Assembly (NCBI GenBank): GCA_038747545.1
Contig: JBCDJT010000002.1
Span: forward strand, 25,041 to 89,040
Reading direction: 5' to 3'
DNA from: Bacteroidota bacterium
GTDB taxonomy: Bacteria > Bacteroidota > Rhodothermia > Rhodothermales > JBCCMF01
Length of the DNA stretch: 64,000 nt
In this document: positions 1 to 9,974 of the stretch, one piece after another
Numbering within the stretch: the first letter of the stretch is position 1
Layout: each line of letters opens with the position of its first letter
The notes under the pieces: generated by a model
Seen by the model: the letters and a program-made list of their open reading frames with translations, nothing else
Database searches by the model: none
Told to the model about the DNA's origin: nothing
Program-made: the position numbers and the translations under genes

Positions 1-1058
1 TTCTCAAGGCCAAGCTGTGCGTTCGTCAGCCGCACCTGCGCGCGCTGCACGCTATTCCGCGTGCTAAACCGGTCAAAGATGGGTACCGAAAGGCTGACAG
101 ACACGCTGCCACCGCGGAATAGGTCAACTTGGTCAGAAAAGTTGAGCGAGGAGGCGCTGGACCACCGTGTGCTGTAGTTCCCGTTCAGGTTGATGTTGGG
201 CAACCGAGTAGAGCGCGCGATGCGAATCCCTTCTGCCGTCGCTGAAATGCTTTTCTCCTGCGCCTGCAGGTCTGTACGTTGAGTGAACGCTTCGTTTAAC
301 ATCGTGTTGATGCTGTAGGCTTGCTCGGCCAAATCGTCTTCGCTCACATCGGGGATCACAAACTCGTAGGCGCCGAACGGGTCAAGCTGGAGGATCTGGA
401 TCAGGTTGGCTTCAGCCAGCTGGAGCAAGCGCTGCGTCTGGATCAGCTGCAGCTCGGCATTGGCCACCTGCGTCTCCTGCTGGAACTGATCGGAGATGGC
501 CCGCTGGCCCACACGGACAAACTCCTGGATGCGCTCCAGCTCTTGCTGCTGGGCCTCCAGGTTTTCCTCGCGGATGAGCACCTGCTGCGACTGGTCGATG
601 AGGTTGAGGTAGTTGCTCATCACCCGGAAGATGACGTCCTGGCGCTGGCGGCTGAAGCTCAGGTCGGCCGACTCCAAGTCGAGCTTGGCTTGGTTCATGG
701 AGGCCTCACGGCGGAAACCGGTGAAGAGGCTAACCCCGGAGGAGGTGCTCACACTCCAACTCTCCGTGGCGTCATCGATAAACTGGTTCGAGGTGGGGTC
801 GATGCTCCGCCCATAGCTCTGACCCGTACCGGTCGAGAAGCTGAGGTTGGGGTAGTATTGCATCCGGCTATCCGAGACCTGCGTGGCTGCAATCTCAACC
901 TGGTTGGCCGACTGCCTGAGGTTGATGTTTTGGTCCAGTGCAAGCTGGATGGCTTCGTTGAAGCTGATGCGCTGGGCATCTTGGGCATGCGCGGCTGTGG
1001 AGACGAACACGAGCAGCGCAAGCAGGGTGCCGAGGCGGCGGAGTGAGGAGGCGGTCAT
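1..1058 (-). CDS. TolC-family outer membrane efflux protein (3' end beyond window edge)
   Basis: Absent from the ORF track because its stop lies outside the window. Own translation from ATG (CAT at 1056-1058) gives MTASSLRRLGTLLALLVFVSTAAHAQDAQRISFNEAIQLALDQNINLRQSANQVEIAATQVSDSRMQYYPNLSFSTGTGQSYGRSIDP..., a signal peptide plus a typical OEP/TolC N-terminal repeat. The 321..1046 + ORF is its antisense shadow. Confidence 0.75.
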   Translation of the reverse strand, partial: MTASSLRRLGTLLALLVFVSTAAHAQDAQRISFNEAIQLALDQNINLRQSANQVEIAATQVSDSRMQYYPNLSFSTGTGQSYGRSIDPTSNQFIDDATESWSVSTSSGVSLFTGFRREASMNQAKLDLESADLSFSRQRQDVIFRVMSNYLNLIDQSQQVLIREENLEAQQQELERIQEFVRVGQRAISDQFQQETQVANAELQLIQTQRLLQLAEANLIQILQLDPFGAYEFVIPDVSEDDLAEQAYSINTMLNEAFTQRTDLQAQEKSISATAEGIRIARSTRLPNINLNGNYSTRWSSASSLNFSDQVDLFRGGSVSVSLSVPIFDRFSTRNSVQRAQVRLTNAQLGLE

Positions 1059-1644
1059 AGCAGAGAACAGGTGCAGTAAATCAGACTCATCGCGGAGGGC
1101 TAGACGGACAGTACTCAACAAGGTTACGATTGCTGTGAGGCAGCTCGTTCTGCGAGGGAAAACTGAAGCGTCAACATCCCTACTAACGAGAGCAGCTAGC
1201 CCATATTCCGTAGGCCTCGTCAACCGCCGTTCCAAACGGCTTGTGTGCGCACAAAGGCCTGATGAGATGCGCCAACTGTACGCCAGCGGACAGCTGTTGT
1301 TACAGTGTCGCACAACTCGTTTACAATGGGACTCAAGTTCACAGGCCCTTCAACAAATGAGCGCGTGCCGTGTCGACGAGGTGTTGCGTGTGACTAGGCA
1401 TCGCAGCCGTTCGGACGGGCCAAGCCGAAAACGGCAGGTAAACCGCGCGTGCTGCTGCTACATGGGCGCTGCGGAGTGGCCAGCGCTAAGCCCGTGCCGG
1501 GTGCCGGAGGCGCTGTAGAGGTATGCCGCGGGCATCAGATTTTCACAGGAGTAGGGAAGCTGTTAACCGTCACTTAAACGGCCACTCTGCAGAAATGCTG
1601 TATCATGGCAGCCTACCTGTTTCCATTTACCCCCACACTGCATT

Positions 1645-4600
1645 ATGAATCACTTGAAACGACTGGCGGGTCTCCTCACGCTGGTACTGCTGGTGCTCCC
1701 GGTATACGGGCAGGGCGTCACCACCTCGTCCATGCGCGGCGTTGTCACCGATGCGACAGGCGAGACCCTTCCCGGCGCCAACGTACTGGCCGTTCACACG
1801 CCCTCAGGCTCGGAGTACGGGACTTCTACCAACACCCAGGGCACCTTCAACCTGCGCGGCATGCGCGTGGGTGGCCCGTACACCGTCACAGTGAGCTTCG
1901 TCGGCTTCCAAACGTTCACGCAAGAAGGCATCTTCCTCTCGCTGGGCGAATCGTTCACGCTCAACGCCGAATTGGGCGAAGACGCTGTGCAGCTTGGCGA
2001 GGTTGAGGTGGTGGCTGCAGGCCGCATCTTCGACCAGAGCCGGACGGGCACGGGCACCAACGTAGACGAGACGGCCATCCGCAATATGGCGTCGGTAGGC
2101 CGTGACTTGGCCGACTTCACCCGCATGACGCCGCAGGCCTACGTCGAGAATGACGACGACGATGGCCCGGCCATCTCCATCGCGGGCCAGAACAACCGCT
2201 ACAACGCCATCTACATCGACGGCACGGTCAACAACGACGTCTTTGGCCTCTCGGCGCAGGGCACGAACGGTGGCCAGACCGGCTCCACACCCATCTCTAT
2301 CGACGCCATCGAAGAGTTCCAGATCGCCATCTCGCCGTTCGATGTCACCCAGAGCGGGTTCACGGGCGGCGCCATCAACGCCGTCACGCGCTCAGGCACG
2401 AACATGTTCGAGGGTTCGTTCTACTACCTGACGCGCAACGAGAACTTCGCGGGCAACACACCGGGCAACTTGCTGGGCCCTGGCGATGTGGCGGAGAGCC
2501 TGGCGCCGTTTAGCAACAACCGCTACGGCTTCCGCATCGGCGGTCCGATCATCGAGAACAAGCTGTTCTTCTTCGTCAACGGCGAGATCCTGCGCTCCGA
2601 GTCGCCGGTGCCGTTCAGCGCCGCCTACGGTGGCGACTCGGTCAACCGCCTGGGCGAGTTGGACCAGCTGCTGCAGAGCAACTTCGGCTACAACCCCGGG
2701 CCGTTCGGCGACAAGACCTCGACGCTCGACGACAACAAGCTGCTCGTCAAGCTGGACTGGAACATCAGCCGCCAGCACAAGCTGAGCGCTCGCCACAGCT
2801 ACTCGAAGTCGGACAATACCGACCAGTTTGCCAGCGGCGCCTCGCGCATCGAATTCTCGAACACGGCAGAGTTCTTCCCCAACGAGACCAACTCGACGGC
2901 AATTGAGCTGAACAGCACGTTTGGCACCGACTTCGCCAACAGCTTGATCCTGGGCTACACCACGGTGCGCGACGACCGCGACTTCACGGGCGACCCGTTC
3001 CCGTACGTCCAGATCGACGACGGCGCGGGCAGCATCCGCATCGGGTCAGAGCAGTTCTCCACGGCCAACCTGCTGGAGCAGGATATCCTCACCGTGACGA
3101 ACAACTTCAACTACTTCCTGGGCGATCACACGCTGACGCTGGGCGCGCACGCCGAGTTTTACAGCATCGGCAACCTGTTCATCCCGCGCAACTTTGGCTT
3201 CTACCGCTACCGCAGCCTGGACGACTTCATCCAGTCGGTCAACGCCATCAACAACCCGGCCATCGACCCAGCACAGCCGCGCGAATTCCGCCGGGGTTAC
3301 TCGCTCGTGGATGGCATCGCGGGCGATGGCTCGGGCGCCATCGGCGCGTTCGACGCCTACCAGATCGGCTTCTACCTGCAGGACGAGTTCCAGGTGAACG
3401 ACCAACTGCGTGTGACTGCTGGCCTCCGCGCCGACGTGCCCAAGATTACGTCGGAGCCGCGCTTTGCGCCCGACGTGTTCCGCACTACGATCCCGGCGAT
3501 CTTGAGCGCGGGCAACGAGCTGAACGGCGCTCGCCCCGGCCGGACGCCTGCCGCAGAGATCTACTTCTCGCCGCGTGTAGGCTTCAACTACGACCTGCCG
3601 GGTGAGAACGACGCTCAGCTGCGCGGTGGCGTGGGCATCTTCACTGGCCGTGTGCCCTTCGTGTGGCCCGGCGGCATGTTTCTCAACAACGGCACCAACA
3701 CGGGCGAAATCCGCGTGCGCGACGGTGTGCTGCCCAACGGCGACCCCATCCCGTTCGTGCCCGACCCGCAAGAGGCGCTGGACGGCACCGACTTCGGGCG
3801 TACGGTGGTCTCGCAGATCCCAGGTGGGCGCCTGGAGATGTTCGAGGAGGGCTTCCGCTACCCGCGCGTGCTCCGCACCAGCCTCGGCCTGGACTATGAG
3901 CTGCCGGGTGGCTGGATTGGCACGCTGGAAGGCCAGTTCACCAAGACGCTCGACAACATCCTGGTCACCAACGTGAACCTGAATCCGGCATCCATCGTGA
4001 ATCTGGAGGGTGCGGACAACCGCCCGGTTTACTTCGGCAACAACGTGGAGATCGATAGTCGCTACTCGGCCGTTCACCGCGTGGGAACGACCGACGAAGG
4101 CTACACCTACGACATCACCGCGATGGTGCAGAAGCAGATGCGTGAGGTGCTCAACGAGACCGATAACCTAGCCCTCATGTTCTCCTACACCTACGGGGAT
4201 GCTTACGTGCTCAACGACGGCACCTCGTCGCAGATCAACTCGATCTGGCGCGGCACCGAGAACGTGAACGGCCTGAACGACCTTGACCTGACGCGCTCCG
4301 ACTTCTCGCTCGGGAGCCGCATCCTCGGCTCGGTCACGTACCGCACCGAGTTCTTGAACAACCTGGGCACCACGGTCTCGCTGTTCTACGTGGGTGAGAG
4401 CGGCCGTCCGTTCTCGTACACCATCGCAGGCAGCCAAGACCTGCGCGGCGACGGCGACGGCTTCTCGGCTTCGCTGATGTACGTACCCAACAGCGCCAGT
4501 GAACTCGGCCTCTCGGGCGACGACGCAGCCGCCCTGGACGCGTTCATCGAGAGCAGCGACTACCTGAGCAGCCGCCGCGGCCAGTACGCCGAGCGCAACG

Positions 4601-4953
4601 GCAGCCGCACGCCGTTTGAGCATACCTTCGACCTCAAGTTTGCGCAAGAGATCTTCGCCAACTTCGGCGGGCGCCGCCAGACGGTAGAGCTCACGTTGGA
4701 CATCTTCAACATCGCCAACCTGTTCAACAGCGACTGGGGCGTGCGCTACAACGGCCTGGGCGCCGAGAGCCTGCTCGACTTTGAAGGCTTCAACGGCGCA
4801 CCAGGATCGGGCAACTTCACGCCGGCTTACAGCCTGGAGTTCAACCCCGACAACATCCCCACCGAAGAGGCGCTGTTCAACGCAGAGACCAAAGACGAAG
4901 GCCTCTACAGCTCGCGCTGGTTCATGCAGTTTGGCGTGCGCTACACGTTCTAA
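1645..4953 (+). CDS. TonB-dependent outer membrane receptor with CarboxypepD_reg-like N-terminal domain
   Basis: 1102 aa. Signal peptide, then MRGVVTDATGETLPGANVLAV...GTFNLRGMRVGGPYTVTVSFVGFQ (carboxypeptidase-regulatory fold), a plug region and a long beta-barrel ending ...FGVRYTF (aromatic C-terminus). Confidence 0.9.
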   Translation: MNHLKRLAGLLTLVLLVLPVYGQGVTTSSMRGVVTDATGETLPGANVLAVHTPSGSEYGTSTNTQGTFNLRGMRVGGPYTVTVSFVGFQTFTQEGIFLSLGESFTLNAELGEDAVQLGEVEVVAAGRIFDQSRTGTGTNVDETAIRNMASVGRDLADFTRMTPQAYVENDDDDGPAISIAGQNNRYNAIYIDGTVNNDVFGLSAQGTNGGQTGSTPISIDAIEEFQIAISPFDVTQSGFTGGAINAVTRSGTNMFEGSFYYLTRNENFAGNTPGNLLGPGDVAESLAPFSNNRYGFRIGGPIIENKLFFFVNGEILRSESPVPFSAAYGGDSVNRLGELDQLLQSNFGYNPGPFGDKTSTLDDNKLLVKLDWNISRQHKLSARHSYSKSDNTDQFASGASRIEFSNTAEFFPNETNSTAIELNSTFGTDFANSLILGYTTVRDDRDFTGDPFPYVQIDDGAGSIRIGSEQFSTANLLEQDILTVTNNFNYFLGDHTLTLGAHAEFYSIGNLFIPRNFGFYRYRSLDDFIQSVNAINNPAIDPAQPREFRRGYSLVDGIAGDGSGAIGAFDAYQIGFYLQDEFQVNDQLRVTAGLRADVPKITSEPRFAPDVFRTTIPAILSAGNELNGARPGRTPAAEIYFSPRVGFNYDLPGENDAQLRGGVGIFTGRVPFVWPGGMFLNNGTNTGEIRVRDGVLPNGDPIPFVPDPQEALDGTDFGRTVVSQIPGGRLEMFEEGFRYPRVLRTSLGLDYELPGGWIGTLEGQFTKTLDNILVTNVNLNPASIVNLEGADNRPVYFGNNVEIDSRYSAVHRVGTTDEGYTYDITAMVQKQMREVLNETDNLALMFSYTYGDAYVLNDGTSSQINSIWRGTENVNGLNDLDLTRSDFSLGSRILGSVTYRTEFLNNLGTTVSLFYVGESGRPFSYTIAGSQDLRGDGDGFSASLMYVPNSASELGLSGDDAAALDAFIESSDYLSSRRGQYAERNGSRTPFEHTFDLKFAQEIFANFGGRRQTVELTLDIFNIANLFNSDWGVRYNGLGAESLLDFEGFNGAPGSGNFTPAYSLEFNPDNIPTEEALFNAETKDEGLYSSRWFMQFGVRYTF

Positions 4954-5005
4954 GCACCTCCGCCTGATTGTCAGGGCATAGCCTCTGACGCCATGAAGCG
5001 TACGA

Positions 5006-5037
5006 GCGGGCGCTGGACCTTCGGGTTCAGCGCCCGC
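5006..5037 (+). terminator. Candidate stem-loop terminator downstream of the TonB receptor gene
   Basis: gcgggcgctggacc-ttcg-ggttcagcgcccgc is an imperfect GC-rich hairpin about 50 nt after the stop at 4953, followed by gctgtgtttcggg (weak T tract). Confidence 0.35.
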
Positions 5038-5122
5038 GCTGTGTTTCGGGTGCTCCCGATTCTGGACGGCAACGCGTACCTTGTCGCGGACATCTTTGTG
5101 CAAGGTCTGCCTACAGTGTGTG

Positions 5123-5244
5123 CCTCGGAGTTCCCTCTCCCGGGAGCTGGGAGAGGGACAGGGTGAGGGCGAATTAAGGACTGGCGCCGGCGCTGGTCTA
5201 CCTCACCCCAACCCTCTCCTAGCTCATAGGAGAGGGGGCGCGTT
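5123..5244. repeat. Double-hairpin palindromic repeat element, family A, copy 1
   Basis: cctcggagtt-[ccctctcc cgggagctg ggagaggg]-acagggtgagg...spacer...cctcacccca-[ccctctcc tagctcata ggagaggg]-ggcgcgtt. Reverse complement of the copy at 6830-6952, with arms about 90 percent identical by eye and a diverged central spacer. Confidence 0.85.
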
Positions 5245-5306
5245 GTGCTATGCTGAGGACGTCATATTTGCACTGTCTGACCCTACCGATCATCTATCCA
5301 CCCCTC

Positions 5307-6764
5307 ATGCGCAACGGCTTGAAGCTTGCCAGCGGCCCACTCGTGGCTGCCGTTCTGCTACTGATCCCGGCTCCCGAGGGGCTGGATGTGGCGGCGTGGC
5401 GCACCGTGGCGGTGGCAGCCTGGATGGCGCTGTGGTGGGTGACGGAGGCCATCCCGATTGCCGCCACGGCGCTGCTACCGATGGCGCTGTTTCCACTGCT
5501 GGAGATCCTGCCGATCCGCGCCACGACGGCGCCCTACGCCAACCCGCTCGTCTTCCTGTTCTTGGGCGGCTTTATTCTGGCTGCCGCCCTCGAACGGTGG
5601 AATTTGCACCGCCGCATCGCGCTCGTGGTGATCGGGGCGATGGGCACCGAGCCGAAGCGCATCATCGCGGGCTTCATGCTGGCAGCGGCGCTGCTGAGCA
5701 TGTGGGTGAGCAACACGGCCACCGCCATGATGATGCTGCCCATCGGCCTCTCGGTGATTGAGCTGACGAAGCGCGACGAAGCCGAAGCGGTGCAGGCGCC
5801 GTTCGCCATTGCCCTGCTGCTGGGGCTGGCGTACGGCTGTAGCATCGGCGGCATGGCGACCCTGATTGGGACGCCGACGAACGCGTTCCTCGTGGGCTTT
5901 CTCGAAGAGACGTACAGCTATGACATCGCGTTTGCCGACTGGATGATGCTGGGCCTGCCCCTGGCGCTCATCGGTCTGCTGGTCGCCTTTGCCTTGCTGA
6001 CGAGTGTGCTCTTTCCCGTCAACGTAGCCGCTATTCCCGGCGGACGGGCGTTCATCGCGGACGAGCTGCAGGGCCTCGGTCCGATGCAGGCGCCGGAGCG
6101 CCGTGTGGCGCTGGTGTTTGGCACGGTGGCCCTGCTGTGGATCCTGCGCCCGCAGCTGACGCCGTTCGTGCCCGGCCTCTCCGACACGGGTATCGGCATG
6201 ATCGGCGCGGTGCTGCTGTTCATCGTTCCGTCAGGTAGTACCGACCGCAAGACGGCGTTGCTCACGTGGCGCCACGCCGAGCGGATTCCTTGGGGCGTGT
6301 TGTTGCTCTTTGGCGGAGGCCTCAGCCTTGCCGCGGCCATCAGCAGTACCGGACTGGCCATGTGGATCGGCGAGCAGCTGACGCTGTTCGCCAGCTGGCC
6401 GCCGCTGGCGCTGATGTTGCTCGTGGTGCTCGTCATCGTCTTCCTCACCGAACTCACTAGCAACGTTGCTACGGTTGCGGCCTTCGTGCCAATCCTGGCG
6501 TCTATTGCCATCAGCATTGGCGAGAACCCGCTCGTGCTGCTGGTCCCGGCCACGCTGGCCGCGAGCGCAGCGTTCATGCTGCCCGTAGCCACGCCGCCCA
6601 ACGCCATTGTTTACGGCAGCGGCGCGCTCACCATCCCGCAGATGGCCCGCGCCGGGCTGGTTTTGAACGTTGCGTTCATTCTACTGACGACGTTGATCGC
6701 GTACCTGCTGATGCCGATCATGCTGGACGTCACGTTCGGCACCCTGCCGCTCTGGGCCGATTAA
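5307..6764 (+). CDS. DASS/SLC13-family sodium-coupled anion (di/tricarboxylate or sulfate) symporter
   Basis: Polytopic membrane protein. WWVTEAIPIAATALLPMALFPLL and TELTSNVATVAAFVPI resemble the two DASS hairpin motifs. The track ORF starts at 5250, but 5250-5306 is AT-richer and abuts the repeat, so I prefer ATG 5307 (MRNGLKLASGPL...). Confidence 0.85.
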   Translation: MRNGLKLASGPLVAAVLLLIPAPEGLDVAAWRTVAVAAWMALWWVTEAIPIAATALLPMALFPLLEILPIRATTAPYANPLVFLFLGGFILAAALERWNLHRRIALVVIGAMGTEPKRIIAGFMLAAALLSMWVSNTATAMMMLPIGLSVIELTKRDEAEAVQAPFAIALLLGLAYGCSIGGMATLIGTPTNAFLVGFLEETYSYDIAFADWMMLGLPLALIGLLVAFALLTSVLFPVNVAAIPGGRAFIADELQGLGPMQAPERRVALVFGTVALLWILRPQLTPFVPGLSDTGIGMIGAVLLFIVPSGSTDRKTALLTWRHAERIPWGVLLLFGGGLSLAAAISSTGLAMWIGEQLTLFASWPPLALMLLVVLVIVFLTELTSNVATVAAFVPILASIAISIGENPLVLLVPATLAASAAFMLPVATPPNAIVYGSGALTIPQMARAGLVLNVAFILLTTLIAYLLMPIMLDVTFGTLPLWAD

Positions 6765-6829
6765 CACCACTTCTGGTAGATGACTTCCCACCTGAGCCTA
6801 TCCGAGCAATTAACGTGCTGGTTTAGCAC

Positions 6830-6952
6830 AACGGGCCCCCTCTCCTATGAGCTAGGAGAGGGCTGGGGTGAGGTAGATTCGGTCTGGGCAGCACCCCTTG
6901 TTTCGACCTCACCCTGTCCCTCTCCTGGCTCCCAGGAGAGGGGACTTCGAGG
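6830..6952. repeat. Double-hairpin palindromic repeat element, family A, copy 2 (inverted relative to copy 1)
   Basis: aacgggcc-[ccctctcc tatgagcta ggagaggg]-ctggggtgagg...cctcaccctgt-[ccctctcc tggctccca ggagaggg]-gacttcgagg. The loop sequences are reverse complements of those in copy 1. Confidence 0.85.
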
Positions 6953-7043
6953 TTTACAGGGGTGGCAATTCCTACACCATACTGTCCAAGAACAGGTATA
7001 AGCAAACATCGCCAACACCTCCTCTCGCACTCCTCGCTCGCTC

Positions 7044-8564
7044 ATGCCCGCGCTCTCCAAAGTCCTCATCACCTCCGCAGCGTACCAAGACCGCACCGAC
7101 CTCCAAACGCCGCCGCCGTCCGTCTTTGACTTGCCCGAGAAGGTGCTCCAGTTCGGCACGGGCGGTTTCCTGCGTGGCTTCTGCGACTTTTTCATCGACC
7201 AAGCACTCAAGGCAGGGGCCTACGACGGGTGCGTGGTGATGGTCGGGTCCACGGGCAGCGGCCGCAGCGCCAGCCTCGCCCAGCAGGACGGGCTGTACAC
7301 CGTCACGGTGCGCGGCATCGATCAGGGCGAGACCATTGACCGCGACCACGTCATCGCCTCCGTCAGCCGAGCGCTCTCGGCCAAGGATGCCTGGGCCGAT
7401 GTGCTCGCCGTTGCCCGCAGCAGCGACCTGGAGGTCATCATCTCCAATACCACCGAAGTCGGCATTCAACTCGATAGCGAAGATCGTATCGAGGCCAACC
7501 CGCCGCGCTCCTTTCCCGGCAAGCTGACGGCGGTGCTTTATGAACGGGCGAAGCACTTTGGCTACAGCCCCGATGCCGGGCTGATCGTGCTGCCGTGCGA
7601 ACTGATCGAGAACAACGGGCAGGTGCTCAAGGGCATCGTGCAGGCGCTCGCCGAGCAATGGGCGCTCGGCCCCGACTTCCTCACGTGGCTCGACGCTTCG
7701 GTCACGTTCTGCAACGCCTTGGTGGACCGTATCGTCCCCGGCACGCCGCGTGGCGAGGCGCTGGACGCCCTCTATGACCGCCTCGGCTACGCCGACGATC
7801 TGCTCACCGTGGCCGAAGTCTACACGCTCTGGGCCATCGAGGGCGATGCCTCGGTGCGCAAGCGGCTGGGCTTCACCGACCCGAGCGTCAACCCGGGCAT
7901 CGTGGTGGCGGACGATATCACGCCGTACCGCGAGCGCAAGGTGCGCGTGCTCAACGGCACGCATACGTCATTCGTGCCCGCCACGTTTTTGTCGGAGCAG
8001 TTCATGACGGTGCTGGACGTGATGCGCGATGAAACCGCCTCGGCCTTCGTAGAGGGTGTGGCGCGCGAGGAGATTGTGCCCAGCCTGGACGTGCCAGATG
8101 GCCCCGCCTATGCCGAGGAGGTGCTTGACCGCTTCCGCAACCCGTTCCTGCGCCACCACCTCATCGACATCACGCTGCAGACCACGATGAAGCTGCGCGC
8201 GCGCGTGGTGCCTACCATCCTCAGCTACGTCGCGAAAACGGGCGAGGTGCCCCACCGCATCGCCTACGGCTTCGCTGCCTACCTGCGCTTCATGCGCGTC
8301 GCCCGCGTGGAGGATGGGCGCTACTTCGGCGCCCGCGCTAGCGGCGACATGTATCCCATCCGCGACGACCACGCCGACTTTTACCACGAGCTGTGGGATG
8401 GCATCGACCCCGCCAGTGACGCCGCCCTCCGCGCCCTCGCCCGCACCGCCCTTGCTCACACCGCCTTCTGGGGCGTGGACCTGAACACGGTGGGCGACTT
8501 CGGCACCGCCGTCGCCGATGCGTTTGTAGCCATCTGCCAAGGTGGCGCATTACCCCGCCATTGA
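7044..8564 (+). CDS. Mannitol-dehydrogenase-family hexuronate oxidoreductase (UxaB-like tagaturonate/altronate reductase; fructuronate reductase not excluded)
   Basis: 506 aa. LPEKVLQFGTGGFLRGFCDFFID, ISNTTEVGI, PCELIENNG, VDRIVPG and KVRVLNGTHT are colinear with my recollection of E. coli UxaB (IIQFGEGNFLRAF, FSNTTEAGI, PCELIDYNG, VDRIVTG, KVAILNGAHT). Confidence 0.8.
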   Translation: MPALSKVLITSAAYQDRTDLQTPPPSVFDLPEKVLQFGTGGFLRGFCDFFIDQALKAGAYDGCVVMVGSTGSGRSASLAQQDGLYTVTVRGIDQGETIDRDHVIASVSRALSAKDAWADVLAVARSSDLEVIISNTTEVGIQLDSEDRIEANPPRSFPGKLTAVLYERAKHFGYSPDAGLIVLPCELIENNGQVLKGIVQALAEQWALGPDFLTWLDASVTFCNALVDRIVPGTPRGEALDALYDRLGYADDLLTVAEVYTLWAIEGDASVRKRLGFTDPSVNPGIVVADDITPYRERKVRVLNGTHTSFVPATFLSEQFMTVLDVMRDETASAFVEGVAREEIVPSLDVPDGPAYAEEVLDRFRNPFLRHHLIDITLQTTMKLRARVVPTILSYVAKTGEVPHRIAYGFAAYLRFMRVARVEDGRYFGARASGDMYPIRDDHADFYHELWDGIDPASDAALRALARTALAHTAFWGVDLNTVGDFGTAVADAFVAICQGGALPRH

Positions 8565-8626
8565 CACACGCGGTCACGCGATGTTCACGCGCCGACGCGC
8601 TTACGCAAAAGACCTGAGACTGAATA

Positions 8627-9835
8627 ATGAAAATCACTGACGCCAAGGTGTTCGTCACCTGCCCCGGCCGCAACTTCGTCACGCTCAAGATCTACACCGA
8701 CGAGGGCGTCTACGGCATCGGCGATGCCACGCTCAACGGGCGCGAGCTGGCGGTGGCCTCCTACCTGACGGATCACGTCATCCCGTGCCTGATCGGGCGC
8801 GACCCGGCGCAGATCGAAGACACGTGGCAGTACCTCTATAAGGGTGCCTACTGGCGGCGCGGCCCCGTCACCATGACGGCCATCGGTGCCGTCGATGTGG
8901 CGCTGTGGGACATCAAGGGCAAGGTGCTGAACACGCCCGTCTACAACCTGCTGGGCGGCGCCAGCCGGACGGGCGTGATGGTCTACGGCCACGCCAGCGG
9001 CGCCACCATCGAAGAGACCGTCGAGGAAGTCGGCAAGTACATCGACAAGGGCTACAAAGCCATCCGCGGGCAGACGGGCATCCCCGGGCTGCCCGCCGTG
9101 TATGGCGTGGGCAAGGGCAAGCTGTTCTACGAGCCCGCCGACAAAGACATGCCGACCGAAGAGGTGTGGTCTACCGAGAAGTACCTCAACCACATCCCCA
9201 AGCTGTTCCAGGCGATGCGCGACACATACGGCTGGGACCATCACTTCCTGCACGACTCGCACCACCGCCTCACGCCCATCGAGGCGGCGCGACTCGGCAA
9301 AGACCTGGAGCCGTTCCGGCTGTTCTGGCTGGAGGATGTGGTGCCTGCCGAGTTGCAGGAGGGCTTCCGCCTCATCCGCGAGCACACCACCACGCCGTTG
9401 GCCGTGGGCGAGGTGTTCAACAGCATCTACGACATCCACACGCTCATCACCGAGCAGCTGATCGACTACTGCCGCATGAAGATCTCGCACGGCGGCGGCC
9501 TCACACCGATGCGCAAGATCGCTGCGCTGGCCGAGGTCTACCACGTACGCACGGGCTGTCACGGCGCCACCGACATGTCGCCCATCACGATGGCGGCGTG
9601 CATGCACTTCGGGCTATGGGTGCCCAACTTCGGCGCACAAGAGTTCATGCGGCACATCGACATGATCGAAGAGGTCTTCCCCAACCACTATACATTCAGC
9701 GACGGCTACGTCCACCCCGGCAACGAACCCGGCCTGGGCGTAGACTACGACGAGGAAGCGGCGGCAAAGTACCCGTACGAGCGCGCCTACCTGCCCGTCA
9801 ACCGCAAGCTGGACGGCACCATGTTCAACTGGTAG
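8627..9835 (+). CDS. manD: D-mannonate dehydratase, enolase-superfamily type (ManD family)
   Basis: 402 aa. [43 protein letters not shown]...[15 protein letters not shown] is the characteristic ManD-subgroup N-terminus; the C-terminus is ...[14 protein letters not shown]. Confidence 0.85.
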   Translation: MKITDAKVFVTCPGRNFVTLKIYTDEGVYGIGDATLNGRELAVASYLTDHVIPCLIGRDPAQIEDTWQYLYKGAYWRRGPVTMTAIGAVDVALWDIKGKVLNTPVYNLLGGASRTGVMVYGHASGATIEETVEEVGKYIDKGYKAIRGQTGIPGLPAVYGVGKGKLFYEPADKDMPTEEVWSTEKYLNHIPKLFQAMRDTYGWDHHFLHDSHHRLTPIEAARLGKDLEPFRLFWLEDVVPAELQEGFRLIREHTTTPLAVGEVFNSIYDIHTLITEQLIDYCRMKISHGGGLTPMRKIAALAEVYHVRTGCHGATDMSPITMAACMHFGLWVPNFGAQEFMRHIDMIEEVFPNHYTFSDGYVHPGNEPGLGVDYDEEAAAKYPYERAYLPVNRKLDGTMFNW

Positions 9836-9974
9836 CTGATGGGCCCGCGGAGTGCGGCACCCCGCCGATGTAATGGAGTCGCTACGATCAGAGCTCGGGC
9901 GGGTTGGTGTGAAATGGATGATCGATGCCGTGCGTAGTATGGGCGTCGATACGTATCCCACGCGCTAGGTCTAT

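Noticed and set aside
321-1046. Long + strand ORF (241 aa) and many similar long ORFs opposite real genes, e.g. 3046..4077 -, 4168..5103 -, 6972..7964 -, 8585..9607 -, 16522..17841 -, 22745..24043 +, 23985..25100 +, 25097..26083 +, 49042..50532 +, 52730..54127 +, 58722..59957 -
   Set aside because: These are antisense shadow ORFs typical of high-GC DNA. Their translations are Arg/Ala/Gly/His-rich and low in complexity, with no recognisable motifs. The opposite strand in each case encodes a protein with clear family signatures.
1540-1644. Possible cobalamin riboswitch upstream of the TonB-dependent receptor (agtagggaagc ... cggccactctgcag resembles the AGGGAA and GCCACTG elements)
   Set aside because: The intervening GGTG.AA.TCC and CCCGC core and a convincing B12 box (AGCC.GGAGACCTGCC-like) are missing. 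The resemblance is limited to two short strings. An Infernal scan with RF00174 would settle it.
5123-6952. Annotating the repeat-flanked DASS gene as a composite transposon or mobile element
   Set aside because: No transposase, integrase or clear target-site duplication is visible. The apparent flank similarity (cctcggagt / acttcgagg) is part of the element itself. It is reported only as a repeat pair and a finding.
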